Below, one piece after another: positions 12,836 through 24,411 of a DNA stretch of 64,000 bases. The first letter of the stretch is position 1. Each line of letters opens with the position of its first letter. Source of the stretch: an uncultured Alphaproteobacteria bacterium. GTDB lineage: Bacteria; Pseudomonadota; Alphaproteobacteria; Rhizobiales; Xanthobacteraceae. The position numbers and the translations under genes were made by a program. The DNA is taken from contig CAVVON010000021.1 of NCBI GenBank assembly GCA_963749815.1, positions 293,469 to 357,468 on the forward strand, in the 5' to 3' direction. The notes beneath the pieces are model-generated. The model ran no database searches and had not been told where the DNA came from. It saw only the letters and a list, made by a program, of their open reading frames with translations.

Positions 12836-13621
12836 TCAGTCGTCGCTGCCGCCGCCGAAGCCGCCGCCATCGTCCGTTCGAGATCGCCGTCGCCGCCGTC
12901 GCCGCCGACGTCCTGCTCGCCCTGCTCGCCGCCGCGGCGTCGGACGCGCCTGAGCGGTTGCCGTCATCGTAGGCCTGCTGCGCGCGCGGCGAGCGGCCGA
13001 TGTCTTCGAGCCCGGCCTGCCGCGAGAGTTCGCCGCCACTACCGCCGCCGCCCCACGGTGCGGCATCGCGGCCGCCGCCCGAGTCGAACGCGCTGTGGCT
13101 CTGGCCGCCGCCCCATCATCGAGCGAATGCCGCCCATCAAGCAGCGAGCCGCCGACCACGCCGGCCGCCGCCGCCGCCGCGGTGCCGAGGAACGAGCCGC
13201 CCATGCCGCCACGCTGCTGCATCGGCTCGGGCGCGGCTTGCGCCTGCATCGGCTGCGGCGCAGCCGGCGCACCGGTGTTGTGCCAGGCCGTCGACGGGGC
13301 GCCCGGCCGCACCGACGGCACCGAGCCGCCGCGGGTCTCTTCGCGGCGTCCCAGAATCTGGTTGCGCAGGCCGCCGAGGAAGCTCGTGTCCTGCGGCGGC
13401 GCCTCGCCGGCGCCGCCTTCGAGCGCGCGGATGCGGGCGTCGGCGCGCTTGAGCGCCTCGTCCTGCACCAGCACGGTCTGCACCAGCGCATAGACGGCGT
13501 TCGGGGCGCGCTCGAGCCCCTCGTTGATGGCGTCCACCGCGTTCGGATCGCGCGGATTGTCTTCCAGCGAGGCCAGGCGGTCGAACAGGTCGGTGACGAG
13601 CTTGCGTTCCTCTGGAGTCAT
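12836..13621 (-). CDS. DUF2076-family protein; about 4 apparent frameshifts in the Gly/Asp-rich 3' third
   Basis: MTPEERKLVTDLFDRLASLEDNPRDPNAVDAINEGL... start preceded by gggaggaagg. The tail pieces MGGIRSMMG / GGQSHSAFDSGGGRDAAPWGGGGSGGELSRQAGLEDIG / EQGEQDVGGDGGDGDLE / DDGGGFGGGSDD* lie in different frames. Confidence 0.6.
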   Translation of the reverse strand: MTPEERKLVTDLFDRLASLEDNPRDPNAVDAINEGLERAPNAVYALVQTVLVQDEALKRADARIRALEGGAGEAPPQDTSFLGGLRNQILGRREETRGGSVPSVRPGAPSTAWHNTGAPAAPQPMQAQAAPEPMQQRGGMGGSFLGTAAAAAAGVVGGSLLDGRHSLDDGAAARATARSTRAAAAMPHRGAAAVVAANSRGRPGSKTSAARRARSRPTMTATAQARPTPRRRAGRAGRRRRRRRRRSRTDDGGGFGGGSDD

Positions 13622-14347
13622 TGGCCGGTTCCTTCCTCCCATGACGACGGGGGAGATGTAGGCAGCCGGGCATGGCGGCGGAATGACCCGGCGGGAATTA
13701 TTTGGGTTTGATTGTGCGCGGACGGTTGCGGCAAGACAGCGCGCATCTTGACTTTTATTCCTAATAGGACTGTATCCACAGCGCCCCGTCCCACCGAGGG
13801 CGCGCTCGAGGGCGCTCGAAACGCGGGGACGGCCGAGGCGGTGCCGGCGGAGATGCGCCGCCGCAGGTCTCGGGATCGGGCCGGAGACATCCGGGCCGGT
13901 TGGTGCGGTGGCCGATGCGGGCGCGCAACGCGCGTGCGGCGGCCCAAGCCGTGTGGTCCCGGCGCGCCAGCCGCGCGCCACGGGGCCGAGGTGGCATTTG
14001 CGCAAGCGGCGCCTCGCCGCCGGCGTGGACGCCAGCCCAAGAGCGGTGGGTAGGTCCTGTGTCCCGACAACCTGAAAAGGGAGCGGGGCCTGAAAGTGTC
14101 AGCCCACCGGGGGCCATGCGGAGCAAGCCTCAAACACCGCGCGCGGGACGCCGACGGTTTCGGCGGACTTGCGGTTTTCACTCACTCGGCAAGCCTCGGT
14201 GTCGCGAGGCACCGAGGTCCGTGGGTCTTCTGGACCCCGGCGTTCCGCGCGCCCTCGGATTTATTTCGGGCAACGGAATTCTCTCTTCGCACGACGGCGT
14301 ACCCGGCGCCGCCCAAACAACACGGGCGGCGGAGCGTTGGCTTTCTT

Positions 14348-14375
14348 CCCTCGCCCCGCTTCGGCGGGGCGAGGG
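14348..14375 (-). terminator. 12-bp GC hairpin just downstream of the YdjC-like gene (terminator or REP-like)
   Basis: CCCTCGCCCCGC-TTCG-GCGGGGCGAGGG. No clear U-tract, so the terminator function is uncertain. Confidence 0.4.
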
Positions 14376-14390
14376 AATGCGAAGAGTTCG

Positions 14391-15236
14391 TCACGCCAGC
14401 GCCAACCCATGACGGGCCAGCAGCGCCGGAAAATCCTCGCCGGCGAAGAACGCGTATTCGCGCTCGCGCAGCGTGGTCAGCGGATCGAGCCGCCGCAAGC
14501 GTCGCATCGACGAAACCCGGATGGCACATGATCAGGGCGCCGTCCGGCAGATGACTGAGAAAACGCGCGAACAGCTTGCCGAAGTCGGCGCCCTCGTCGA
14601 ACCCATAGGCGCCGGCGAACGCCGTATTGGTCCGCACGCCCGCCGCCATGGCGCGGCGGCGAAATCGCCGGCTCAAGCGTGTCGAGCAGCAGCGCCTTGC
14701 CGTTGCCGAGCCGCGCGGTGAGCGGCGTGGCGCGGCCGCATTGGCGCAGCCAGGCCTGCGGCGCGTGCGCCTTGGCGGCCGCCAGCACCGCCTCGTCGAT
14801 CTGCGGAAAGAGCTGCACGTGCTGATGCCCGTCGATGAAATCGGGTGCGCGGCCGAACGCCCGCGCGAACGCCGCGAGCTGGCTGTCGACCTCGGCGCGC
14901 AGCGCAGCGGCGTCGAGGCTCCGGCGCATCGCGGCGAGCAGCACGCGATGCAGCGCCGGGAACGCGCCGTCGCGCAGCGGCGTGAAGCCTGCGCTCAGCG
15001 GCCGGAACGGCGCCGACAGCACGACGTGCAGCCCGATCGCGGCGCGCGGCTTGGTGGCGTTGAGCGCCGTGAGCGCCTGCGCCTCGAAGGCGTTGAAGTC
15101 GGGCGCCACCACCATCACCGAGGTGGCGTTGAGCCGGCCGCGCACGATCAGGTCGCGGATCGCGGTGTTGACGCCGGGCGAGATCCCGTAGTCGTCGGCG
15201 CACAGCCAGATCGCCCGCGGATTGGCCTCCGCTCAT
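14391..15236 (-). CDS. ChbG/HpnK (YdjC) family carbohydrate deacetylase; at least 3 apparent frameshifts
   Basis: Reconstructed as M-SEANPRAIWLCADDYGISPGVNTAIRDLIVRGRLNATSVMV...FIDGHQHVQLFPQI...IMCHPGFVD...RLDPLTTLREREYAFFAGEDFPALLARHGLALA*. The ATG overlaps the upstream GT2 stop (ATGA). Confidence 0.7.
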
Positions 15237-16291
15237 TCCGCCGCCGAGCGCGCCGGCGGAGCGCCGGCTTCGGCCGGTCCCTTCGAGGGTCTTGAGCGTG
15301 TGTTCGGCGACGAAATAGACCGGCCGCGCTTTCAGCTCGGAGAGGATCTTGCCGATGTATTCGCCGACGATCCCGATCATGATCAGTTGCACGCCGCCGA
15401 GCACCATCAGGCCGACCACCAGCGACGGATAGCCCGGGACCGACTGGCCGAACACGAAGGTCTCGACCAGGATCTGCAGGCCGAAGATAAACGCGACGAC
15501 GGCGAGCAGCAGGCCGAGCAGGCTCGCGAGCCGCAGCGGCGCCACCGAGAACGACGTCAGCCCCTCGATCGAGAGCCCGATCAGCGAATAGAGATTCCAG
15601 GTGGTGCGGCCGTGCAGCCGGTCGTCGGGCTCATAGTCGACGCGGATCTGCTTGAAGCCGATCCAGCTCGCCAGCCCCTTGAAGAACCGGTTGCGCTCGG
15701 GGAGCTGCTTGAGCGCCGCCGCCGCCCGCGGCGACAGCAGGCGGAAGTCGCCGGCATCCTCGGGGATCTTCTGCCGCGCGCCCCAGTTGATCAGCGAGTA
15801 GAACGTGCGGACGCCGACGCGGCGCAGCCACGGCTCGTTCTCGCGGTGCGCCTTGGCGGTGTAGACCACGTCGTAGCCGTCATCGAGCCAGTGGCCGACC
15901 AGCCTCTCGACCAGGCGCCGGAGGGTGCTGGCCGTCGCCGTCCATGAACAGCACGGCGCCGAGCCGGGCGTGGTCGAGGCCGGCGAGCAGCGCCGCCTCC
16001 TTGCCGAAGTTGCGCGACAGCGCGATCACCTGCACGTCGAGCGCCGCCGCCGGCAGGGCCTGCGCCACCGTGAGCGTGTGGTCGCGGCTGCCGTCGTCGA
16101 CATAGACCACCTCGACCGCCAGCCCCTGCTTCTCGCGCAGGCGTGCGGGCGACCTCGATCAGCCGCTCGTGCAGGGCGGACAGCCCGGCCGCCTCGTTGA
16201 ACAGCGGAACCACGATCGACAGCCCGGCCTCCGCCCGCGGGCGCGGGCGAATTCCGGGAGAACCGGTCAAATTCAACGGGTTGGGCGCCAT
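15233..16291 (-). CDS. Family-2 glycosyltransferase, polyprenyl-phosphate sugar transferase type (GtrB/ArnC-like); about 3 apparent frameshifts
   Basis: LSIVVPLFNEA..., VYVDDGSRDHT, FMDGDGQH (DxD), and two C-terminal TM helices (LRLASLLGLLLAVVAFIFGL..., LVVGLMVLGGVQLIMIGIVGEYIGKI). Confidence 0.75.
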
Positions 16292-16453
16292 AATGCGGCT
16301 TTCCAGCGGTCCGTCCGTTACCGCCCGCTTGTATAGCTGAACGCGCGCGGCCTGTCCCGGCCGGGGCATTTGGGCCATTTGGGAATGATTGTCACCTATT
16401 ACCTGTATGGGAGGTGAATATCCCGTCCGGGACGTGCTAAGCGGGGCCCCGTC

Positions 16454-16919
16454 ATGCACCTGCCCCCCGTTCTCGACCGGCTGTACCAGCGCCTCGACAA
16501 GGCCTGGCACGAGCGCGCGGTCTCGCTCAAGGCGCTCAGCTTCGCGTTGATCGGGGTGGTCAACACGCTGGTCGACCTGGGCATCTTCCTGATCGGCTAC
16601 AACGTGCTGGGGCTCAAGCTGATCCCGGCGAACCTCATGTCCTGGCTGGTCGCGGTGTCGTGCTCCTACGTGCTGAATTCCTCGATCACGTTCGCGCACG
16701 AGTTCGGGCGGCAAGCTGAGCTGGCGCTCCTACGCGACCTTCGTGGCCTCGGGCATCGCCGGCGTCACCGCCAACACCACGGTGCTGTTCGTGGCGTCGT
16801 ACTGGGTGCCGGTGCTGGCGGCGAAGCTGATGTCCATCCTGGCGAGCTTCGTGGTCAATTTCTCGCTGTCGCACTTCGTCGTGTTCCGCGCCCGCGATCC
16901 GCAAGTGTCGGGCAAGTAG
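16454..16919 (+). CDS. GtrA-family membrane protein; one apparent frameshift about 16705
   Basis: LSFALIGVVNTLVDLGIFLI...SYVLNSSITFAHE, then in the next frame SYATFVASGIAGVTANTTVLFVASYWVPVLAAKLMSILASFVVNFSLSHFVVFR. Divergent from the GT2 gene. Confidence 0.7.
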
Positions 16920-16948
16920 CCGGAACCAGGCGAGCGGGAGGGGCAGGC

Positions 16949-18191
<1,243 letters not shown>

Positions 18192-18322
18192 TTCCTCGCG
18201 CTCAAGCGCCGCAATGCCGCACGCGCGTCGCTGCCGTGACGCTGGCATTCGCCCTGGCCTTGGGCTGTACTGACGCGATCCTGCCGCCGAAACCGCGCGA
18301 ACCCGCACAGGAGTCGTAACCG

Positions 18323-19292
18323 ATGCGCAAGGTGTTGCCGCTCGCAATCGCATTGGCGGCCGCGGTGACGCCCGTGCACGCGCAGACCTATCCCGTCCCG
18401 CGTCATCACCATGGTGCTGCCGCTGCCGCCGGGCGGCGCGACCGATACGCTGGCGCGCACCGTCGCCGAGCACATGCGCGGCACGCTCGGCCAGCCGATC
18501 ATCGTCGACAATGTGCCGGGCGCCGGCGGCACGCTTGCGGTCGGCCGCGTCGCGCGCGCGCCGGGCGACGGCTACACGCTGACCGTCGGCAATTTCGCGA
18601 CCCACATGGCGTCGGCGGCGACCTATCCGGTGCAGTACGATCTGCTCACCGACTTGGTGCCGGTGGCGAAGCTCGCCGACACGCCGCTCTGGATCGTCGC
18701 CAAGAAGGATCTCGCCGCCAAGGATCTCAAGGAGCTGATCGCCTGGATCAAGGCCAATCCCGACAAGGCGTCCGCCGGCATCGTCGGGCAGGGCAGCGGC
18801 GGCCACATCTGCGGCCTGTCGTTCCAGGCCGCGACCGCCACGCGCTATCAGTTCATCCCCTATCGCGGCGGCGCGCAGGCGATGCAGGACCTGGTGTCCG
18901 GGCAGATCGACATGATGTGCGACATGGCGGCGAACTCGCTGCCGCAGGCGCGCACCGGCAACATCCGGCCGCTGGCGGTGATGGCGGCCAAGCGCTGGTT
19001 CGCCGCGCCCGAGGTGCCGACCGCCGAGGAGATGGGCGTGCCCGGCGTCTACCTGTCGCTGTGGCACGGCCTGTGGGCCTCGAAGGGCACGCCGAAAGAC
19101 ATCGTCGCCAAGCTCAACGCGGCGGCGGTCGCGGCGCTCGCCGATCCCGCCGTGCAGAAGCGGCTCGCCGAACAGGGCCACGAGATCGCGCCGCGCGAGC
19201 AGCAGACGCCGGAAGGCTTCGCGGCCTTCCACAAGGCCGAGATCGAGCGGTGGTGGCCGGTGATCAAGGGCGCGGGCATCAAGGCCGAGTGA
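18323..19292 (+). CDS. Bug/TctC-family tripartite tricarboxylate transporter substrate-binding protein, copy 1; one frameshift about 18395
   Basis: Signal peptide MRKVLPLAIALAAAVTPVHAQTYP, then the 18411 frame ...LPLPPGGATDTLAR...YRGGAQAMQDLVSGQIDMM...FHKAEIERWWPVIKGAGIKAE*. Confidence 0.85.
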
Positions 19293-19367
19293 TCGATCAT
19301 GGGCGGCCGGCATCAAACCGTAGTAGAAGCAAAAGCCAAAAGAAGAAATTGCCATGAGGGGACGGAA

Positions 19368-20347
19368 ATGACCGCGACGCTGAGAGCCGCACTGATTGCC
19401 GCAACCGTTGCCTTGCCGGCGAGTGCCGCCGCCGTTCATGCGCAAGGCTTCCCGTCACGCGCCGTCACCATCGTGGTGCCGTTCTCCGCCGGCGGCCCGT
19501 CCGATGCACTCGTCGCGCGTGCTCGGCGAGCGCATGCGCGCCTCGCTCGGCCAGAGCTTCGTGGTCGAGAACGTCACCGGCGCCGGCGGTTCGATCGGCG
19601 TCGGCCGCGTGGTGCGCGCCGCGCCCGACGGCTACACCATCAGCTTCGGGCATCTCGGCACCCACGTGTTCAACGGCGCGATCTATCCGCTCGGCTACGA
19701 TCTGCTCGCCGACCTCGAACCGCTCGCCCTGTTGCCGAGCAACCCGATGGTCATCGTCAGCAGAAACACATTGCCGGCGAAGAACTTCCAGGAGCTGCTG
19801 GCCTGGCTGAAGGCGAACCGCGCGTCCGCCGGCACCGCCGGTGCGGGCTCGGGCTCGCACATTGCGGCGGTCTATCTGCAGAGCCTGACCGGGCTGCAAT
19901 TGCAGTACGTGCCCTATCGCGGCACCGGCCCGGCGCTGAACGATCTGGTCGGCGGGCAGATCGACATCATCGTCGACCAGGCGTCGAACTCGATGGCGCA
20001 GATCCGCGCCGGCACGCATCCGGCCCTACGCGATCTCCGCCAAGGAGCGGCTCGCCGCGGCGCCGGATATTCCGACCGCCGACGAGGCCGGTCTGCCCGG
20101 ATTCTATATGTCGCTGTGGTCGGGCCTGTGGGTGCCCAAGGGCACGCCGAAGGATATCATCGGCAAGCTCAACGGTGCGGTGGTCGAGGCGCTGGCCGAC
20201 GAGTCGGTGCGCAAGCGCCTCGGCGATCTCGGCCTCGAACTGCCGCCGCGCGACCGGCAGACGCCGCAGGCGCTCGGCGCGCTGCAGAAGTCCGAGATCG
20301 AGAAATGGTGGCCGATCATCAAGGCGGCCAACGTCAAAGGCGAATGA
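19368..20347 (+). CDS. Bug/TctC-family substrate-binding protein, copy 2; two frameshifts (about 19512, about 20017)
   Basis: MTATLRAALIAATVALPASAAAVHAQGFPSRAVTIVVPFSAGGPSD... continues through three frames to ...LQKSEIEKWWPIIKAANVKGE*. Confidence 0.85.
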
Positions 20348-20393
20348 AGAAAAGCGAGGCAATCATGCCCAAGGCGATATCGGGAGGAAGTGC

Positions 20394-21363
20394 ATGCGGA
20401 GGTTCGTTCTCGCAGCCATGACGGCTGCGGCGGCCGCCACCAGCGCGGCGGCGCAAACGTTTCCATCCCGCCACGTCACGCTGACCGTGCCGCTCGCGGC
20501 CGGCGGCTCGACCGATGCCATCGCGCGCATCGTCGCCGAAGGCATGCGCGGCCCGCTCGGCCAGACCGTGATCGTCGAGAACGCGCCCGGCGCCGGCGGC
20601 ACCACCGGCGTCATCCGCGTCGCGCGCTCGGCGCCCGACGGCTACACGCTGCAGATCGGCCAGTGGGGCACCAATGTCGCGAGCGGCGCCGTGCACAATC
20701 TGCCGATCGATCTCCTGAAGGACCTGGAGCCGGTTGCGCTGTTGTGCACGCAGCCGTTCATGATCGTCGGCAAGAAGACGCTGCCGCCGAACACGCTCAA
20801 GGAGTTGATCGCCTGGCTGAAGGAGAATTCCGGCAAGGTGTCGGCCGGCACCTCCGGTCCCGGCAGTCCGAGCCACGTCTCCGGCGTGTTCTTCCAGAAC
20901 GCCATCGGCAGCCAGTTCCAGTTCATTCCCTATCGCAGCGCCGGGCTGTCGACGCAGGACCTGGTCGCCGGCCAGATCGACCTGATCATGGACACGGCGG
21001 CGACTTCCGGCGGGCACGTCAAGAACGGGCTGATCAAGGCCTACGCCATCACCGGCAAGACCCGCTCCTCGGCGCTGCCCGAGGTGCCGACGGTCGACGA
21101 GGCGGGCCTGCCCGGATTCTATTTCTACTTCTGGCATGCGATCTGGGCGCCGAAGGGTACGCCCAAGGACGTGATCGCCAAGCTCAACGGCGCAATCGCC
21201 GCGTCGCTTGCCGATCCGGTGACGCGCAAGCGCCTGACCGACATCGGCCAGGAGCTTCTATCCGGCGGAGATGTCGGCGCCGGAAGCGCTTGCGGCGTTC
21301 CAGAAGGCCGAGATCGAGAAATGGTGGCCGATCATCACCGCCGCCGGCATCAAGGCGAATTGA
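20394..21363 (+). CDS. Bug/TctC-family substrate-binding protein, copy 3; one frameshift about 21258
   Basis: RBS gggaggaag. MRRFVLAAMTAAAAATSAAAQTFPSRHVTLTVPLAAGGSTD... The C-terminus EALAAFQKAEIEKWWPIITAAGIKAN* is in a shifted frame. Confidence 0.88.
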
Positions 21364-21395
21364 GAGACGCCGGCCGAAGCCATGTGAGGAACTTC

Positions 21396-22367
21396 ATGCA
21401 ACGTTGTTTGCTCGCGATCCTGTTGACCGCGCTCGCCGGCCTGAGCGGCGCACAGGCGCAAAGCTATCCAACCCGCCCGGTCACCATCATCGTGCCGTTC
21501 GCGGCGGGCGGCGCGACCGACGTGCTGGCGCGAATTCTGGCCGAGCCGATGCGCGCCGCGCTTGGCCAACCCGTCGTGATCGAAAACGTCACCGGCGCCG
21601 CCGGCACCATCGGCGTCACCCGCGCGGTGCGCGCGGCGCCCGACGGCTACACGCTCAGCATCGGCACCTCGACGACGCACATGCTGACCGGCGCGCTGTA
21701 CGCGCTGCCGTTCGATCTGCTGACCGATCTCGAACCGGTCCTGCAGATCGCGGCCGAGCCGCTGCTCATCGCCACCAGGAAGAACCTGCCGGCGAACGAT
21801 CTCAAGGAACTGGTGGCGTGGCTCAAGGCCAATCCCGACAAGGCTTCGGCCGGCATTCCGGGCGTCGGCTCGACCGGTCATGTCACCGGCCTTGCGCTCC
21901 AGAAGCAGACCGGCACGAGCTATCAGTTCGTGCCGTATCGCGGCAACGGTCCGGCGGTGCAGGACCTGGTGGCCGGCCAGATCGATCTGATGATCGAGCC
22001 GGTGTCGAACTTCCTGCAGCAGGCGAAGGCCGGCACCATCAAGGCGCTGGCGATCACCGCCAAGTCGCGGCTTGCCGGTGCGCCCGACATTCCGACCGTC
22101 GACCAGGCCGGCCTGCCCGGTCTCTACGCCTCGCTCTGGTACGGGCTGTGGGCGCCGAAGGGCACGCCGAAGGAGATCATCGCCAGGGTCAACGGCGTGC
22201 TGGTCGATACGCTTGCCACGCCCGCCATCCGCGCGCGGCTTGCGGAGCAGGGCACCGAGGTCCCGCCGCGCGAGCAGCAGACGCCGGCGGCGCTCGCCGC
22301 GTTCCAGAAGGCCGAGATCGAGAAATGGTGGCCGGTCGTCAAGGCCGCCGGCATCAAGGTGCAGTGA
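21396..22367 (+). CDS. Bug/TctC-family substrate-binding protein, copy 4 (intact)
   Basis: MQRCLLAILLTALAGLSGAQAQSYPTRPVTIIVPFAAGGATD...FQKAEIEKWWPVVKAAGIKVQ*. About 323 aa. Confidence 0.9.
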   Translation: MQRCLLAILLTALAGLSGAQAQSYPTRPVTIIVPFAAGGATDVLARILAEPMRAALGQPVVIENVTGAAGTIGVTRAVRAAPDGYTLSIGTSTTHMLTGALYALPFDLLTDLEPVLQIAAEPLLIATRKNLPANDLKELVAWLKANPDKASAGIPGVGSTGHVTGLALQKQTGTSYQFVPYRGNGPAVQDLVAGQIDLMIEPVSNFLQQAKAGTIKALAITAKSRLAGAPDIPTVDQAGLPGLYASLWYGLWAPKGTPKEIIARVNGVLVDTLATPAIRARLAEQGTEVPPREQQTPAALAAFQKAEIEKWWPVVKAAGIKVQ

Positions 22368-22423
22368 GGCAGCGATTGCGGATGGATCGCCGCAGGACGT
22401 CAACGCGCGCACGGAGGAACACC

Positions 22424-23395
22424 ATGAGCAAGCTGTCGCTGATCGTCGCGTTCGCCGTCCTGTCGGGCATCGCAGCCGCTTCGGCGCAGTCCTATCCGGC
22501 GCGCCCGATCACCATGATCGTGCCGTACTCGGCGGGCGGACCGACCGATACGCTCGGCCGCATTCTCGCCGAGCACATGCGGACGTCGCTCGGTCAGCCG
22601 GTCGTGATCGAGAACGTCACCGGCGCGGGCGGCTCGATCGGCGTCGGCCGGGTCGCGCGCGCCGCGCCCGACGGCTACACGCTCGGCATCGGCCAGGTGA
22701 GCACGAACGGCTTCAACGGCGCGACCTATCAGTTGCCCTACGATCTGCTGAACGACCTGGCGCCGGTTTCGCTGCTCACGATCGCGCCGATGTGGCTGAT
22801 CGGCAAGAAGGACTTCCCGGCCGACAACGTCAAGGACCTGGTCGCCTGGCTCAAGGCCAATCCCGACAAGGCCACCATGGGCGCGGTCGGCTGGGGCGGC
22901 GCGTCGCATCTGTGCGGCGTCTATTTCCAGAAGGAGACCGGCACGCGGGTGACGTTCGTGTCCTATCGCGGCGCCGCGCCCGGCAATCAGGACCTGGTCG
23001 CGGGCCACATCGATCTGTTCTGTCCGGAAGCCTCGAACTCGCTCGCGCTGGTGCGGAGCGGCAAGGTCAAGGCCTTCGCGGTGCTGGCCAAGAGCCGCTG
23101 GCACGCGGCGCCGGACGTGCCGACCATCGACGAGGCCGGATTGCCGGGACTCTACATTCCGTTCTGGCACGCATTCTTCGTGCCGGCCGGAACCTCCGCC
23201 GAGATCGTCGGCAAGCTCAACGCCGCCGCCGTCGCCGCCTTGTCCGATCCGGCGATCCGGCAGCGGCTCACCGAACTCGGCCAGGAGATTCCCGCGCGCG
23301 ACATGCTCACGCCCGCGGCGCTCGCCGCGTTCCAGAAGGCCGAGATGGAGAAGTGGTGGCCGATCATCAAAGCGGCGAACATCAAGGCGGAGTGA
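22424..23395 (+). CDS. Bug/TctC-family substrate-binding protein, copy 5 (intact)
   Basis: MSKLSLIVAFAVLSGIAAASAQSYPARPITMIVPYSAGGPTD...FQKAEMEKWWPIIKAANIKAE*. Confidence 0.9.
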   Translation: MSKLSLIVAFAVLSGIAAASAQSYPARPITMIVPYSAGGPTDTLGRILAEHMRTSLGQPVVIENVTGAGGSIGVGRVARAAPDGYTLGIGQVSTNGFNGATYQLPYDLLNDLAPVSLLTIAPMWLIGKKDFPADNVKDLVAWLKANPDKATMGAVGWGGASHLCGVYFQKETGTRVTFVSYRGAAPGNQDLVAGHIDLFCPEASNSLALVRSGKVKAFAVLAKSRWHAAPDVPTIDEAGLPGLYIPFWHAFFVPAGTSAEIVGKLNAAAVAALSDPAIRQRLTELGQEIPARDMLTPAALAAFQKAEMEKWWPIIKAANIKAE

Positions 23396-23433
23396 CGCCC
23401 GGCCGCAACCGATTTCCAGGAAGGAACACGCTG

Positions 23434-24396
23434 ATGAAAAAATGGCTTTGCGCGATCGCACTCGCAACCGCCGCGGCGGCCGGTCCGGCGAACGGCCAGC
23501 CCTATCCGTCCCGCCAGATCACGCTGGTGGTGCCGTTCCCGCCGGGCGGCTCGACCGATGTGGCGGCGCGCATCATGGCCGAGAAGATGCGGCCGTTCCT
23601 CGGCCAGCCGGTCATCATCGAGAATGTCGGCGGCGCCGGCGGCTCGATCGCGGTCGGCCGCGTCGCACGCGCGGCGCCGGACGGCTACACCATCGACATC
23701 GGCCAGTGGGACACCCACGTCGGCAGCATCATCTACAATCTGAACTACGATCTGCAGAAGGACTTCGAGCCGGTCGGGCTGATCTCCACCAACCCGCAGC
23801 TCCTGGTCGGGCGCAAGAACCTGCCCGCCAACCGGCTCAACGAGCTGGTGGCGTGGATGAAGGCGCATCCGGGCGAGGCCAAGTTCGTCAACCAGAACGC
23901 GGCCGCGCAAGTGAGCGGCATCCTGATGGAGAAGGCCACCGGCACCAAGGTGAACTACATCCCGTATCGCGGCGCCGGTCCGGCGATGACCGACCTGGTC
24001 GCCGAGCAGGTCGATCTGCTGGTGATCCAGGGCGCCGCGGCGCTGCCGCAGGTGCGCGCCGGCACCATCAAGGCGATCGCCAACCTGTCGCCGCAGCGCT
24101 CGGCGTCGATGCCCGACATCCCGACCTCGGACGAGACCGGCGTGCCGGGCCTCTACATGTCCGGCTGGTTCGGCTTCTTCGCGCCCAAGGGCACGCCCAA
24201 GGACGTGATCGCCAAGCTCAACGGCGCGATGGTGCAGGCGCTGGCCGATCCGGCGACCAAGGCGCGCTTCACCGAGCTCGGCCTCGACGTCGCCACGCGC
24301 GAGCAGCAGTCGCCCGAGGGGCTCGCCGCCTTCCACAAGGCCGAGATCGAGAAGTGGTGGCCGATCATCAAGGCCGCCAATGTGAAGGGCGAGTAG
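23434..24396 (+). CDS. Bug/TctC-family substrate-binding protein, copy 6 (intact)
   Basis: MKKWLCAIALATAAAAGPANGQPYPSRQITLVVPFPPGGSTD...FHKAEIEKWWPIIKAANVKGE*. Confidence 0.9.
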   Translation: MKKWLCAIALATAAAAGPANGQPYPSRQITLVVPFPPGGSTDVAARIMAEKMRPFLGQPVIIENVGGAGGSIAVGRVARAAPDGYTIDIGQWDTHVGSIIYNLNYDLQKDFEPVGLISTNPQLLVGRKNLPANRLNELVAWMKAHPGEAKFVNQNAAAQVSGILMEKATGTKVNYIPYRGAGPAMTDLVAEQVDLLVIQGAAALPQVRAGTIKAIANLSPQRSASMPDIPTSDETGVPGLYMSGWFGFFAPKGTPKDVIAKLNGAMVQALADPATKARFTELGLDVATREQQSPEGLAAFHKAEIEKWWPIIKAANVKGE

Positions 24397-24411
24397 TCGG
24401 GAGGCACGGTC

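Noticed and set aside
14041-14135. RNase P RNA-like words (gggtaggt, gaaagtg, ccacc...ggagcaagcc.caaa)
   Set aside because: The motifs occur in the wrong order relative to type-A RNase P RNA. The universally conserved GAGGAAAGTCCGG and ACAGAACCCGGCTTA P4 strands are absent on both strands.
14160-14340. Possible two-piece alphaproteobacterial tmRNA (hairpins followed by ...atttatttcgggcaacgg...)
   Set aside because: No tRNA-like T-arm (GGTTCGA..) or CCA end is nearby. None of the three frames after the putative resume site gives a short ANDN-type tag ending in a stop codon.
19299-24396. Giant ORFs of 1022, 1001 and 774 aa (19299..22367, 20390..23395, 22072..24396) that look like multi-domain fusion proteins
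   Set aside because: They are read-through artefacts. Stop-free off-frames of GC-rich Bug genes join up with in-frame neighbouring Bug genes. Each real unit has its own RBS, start codon, signal peptide and stop.
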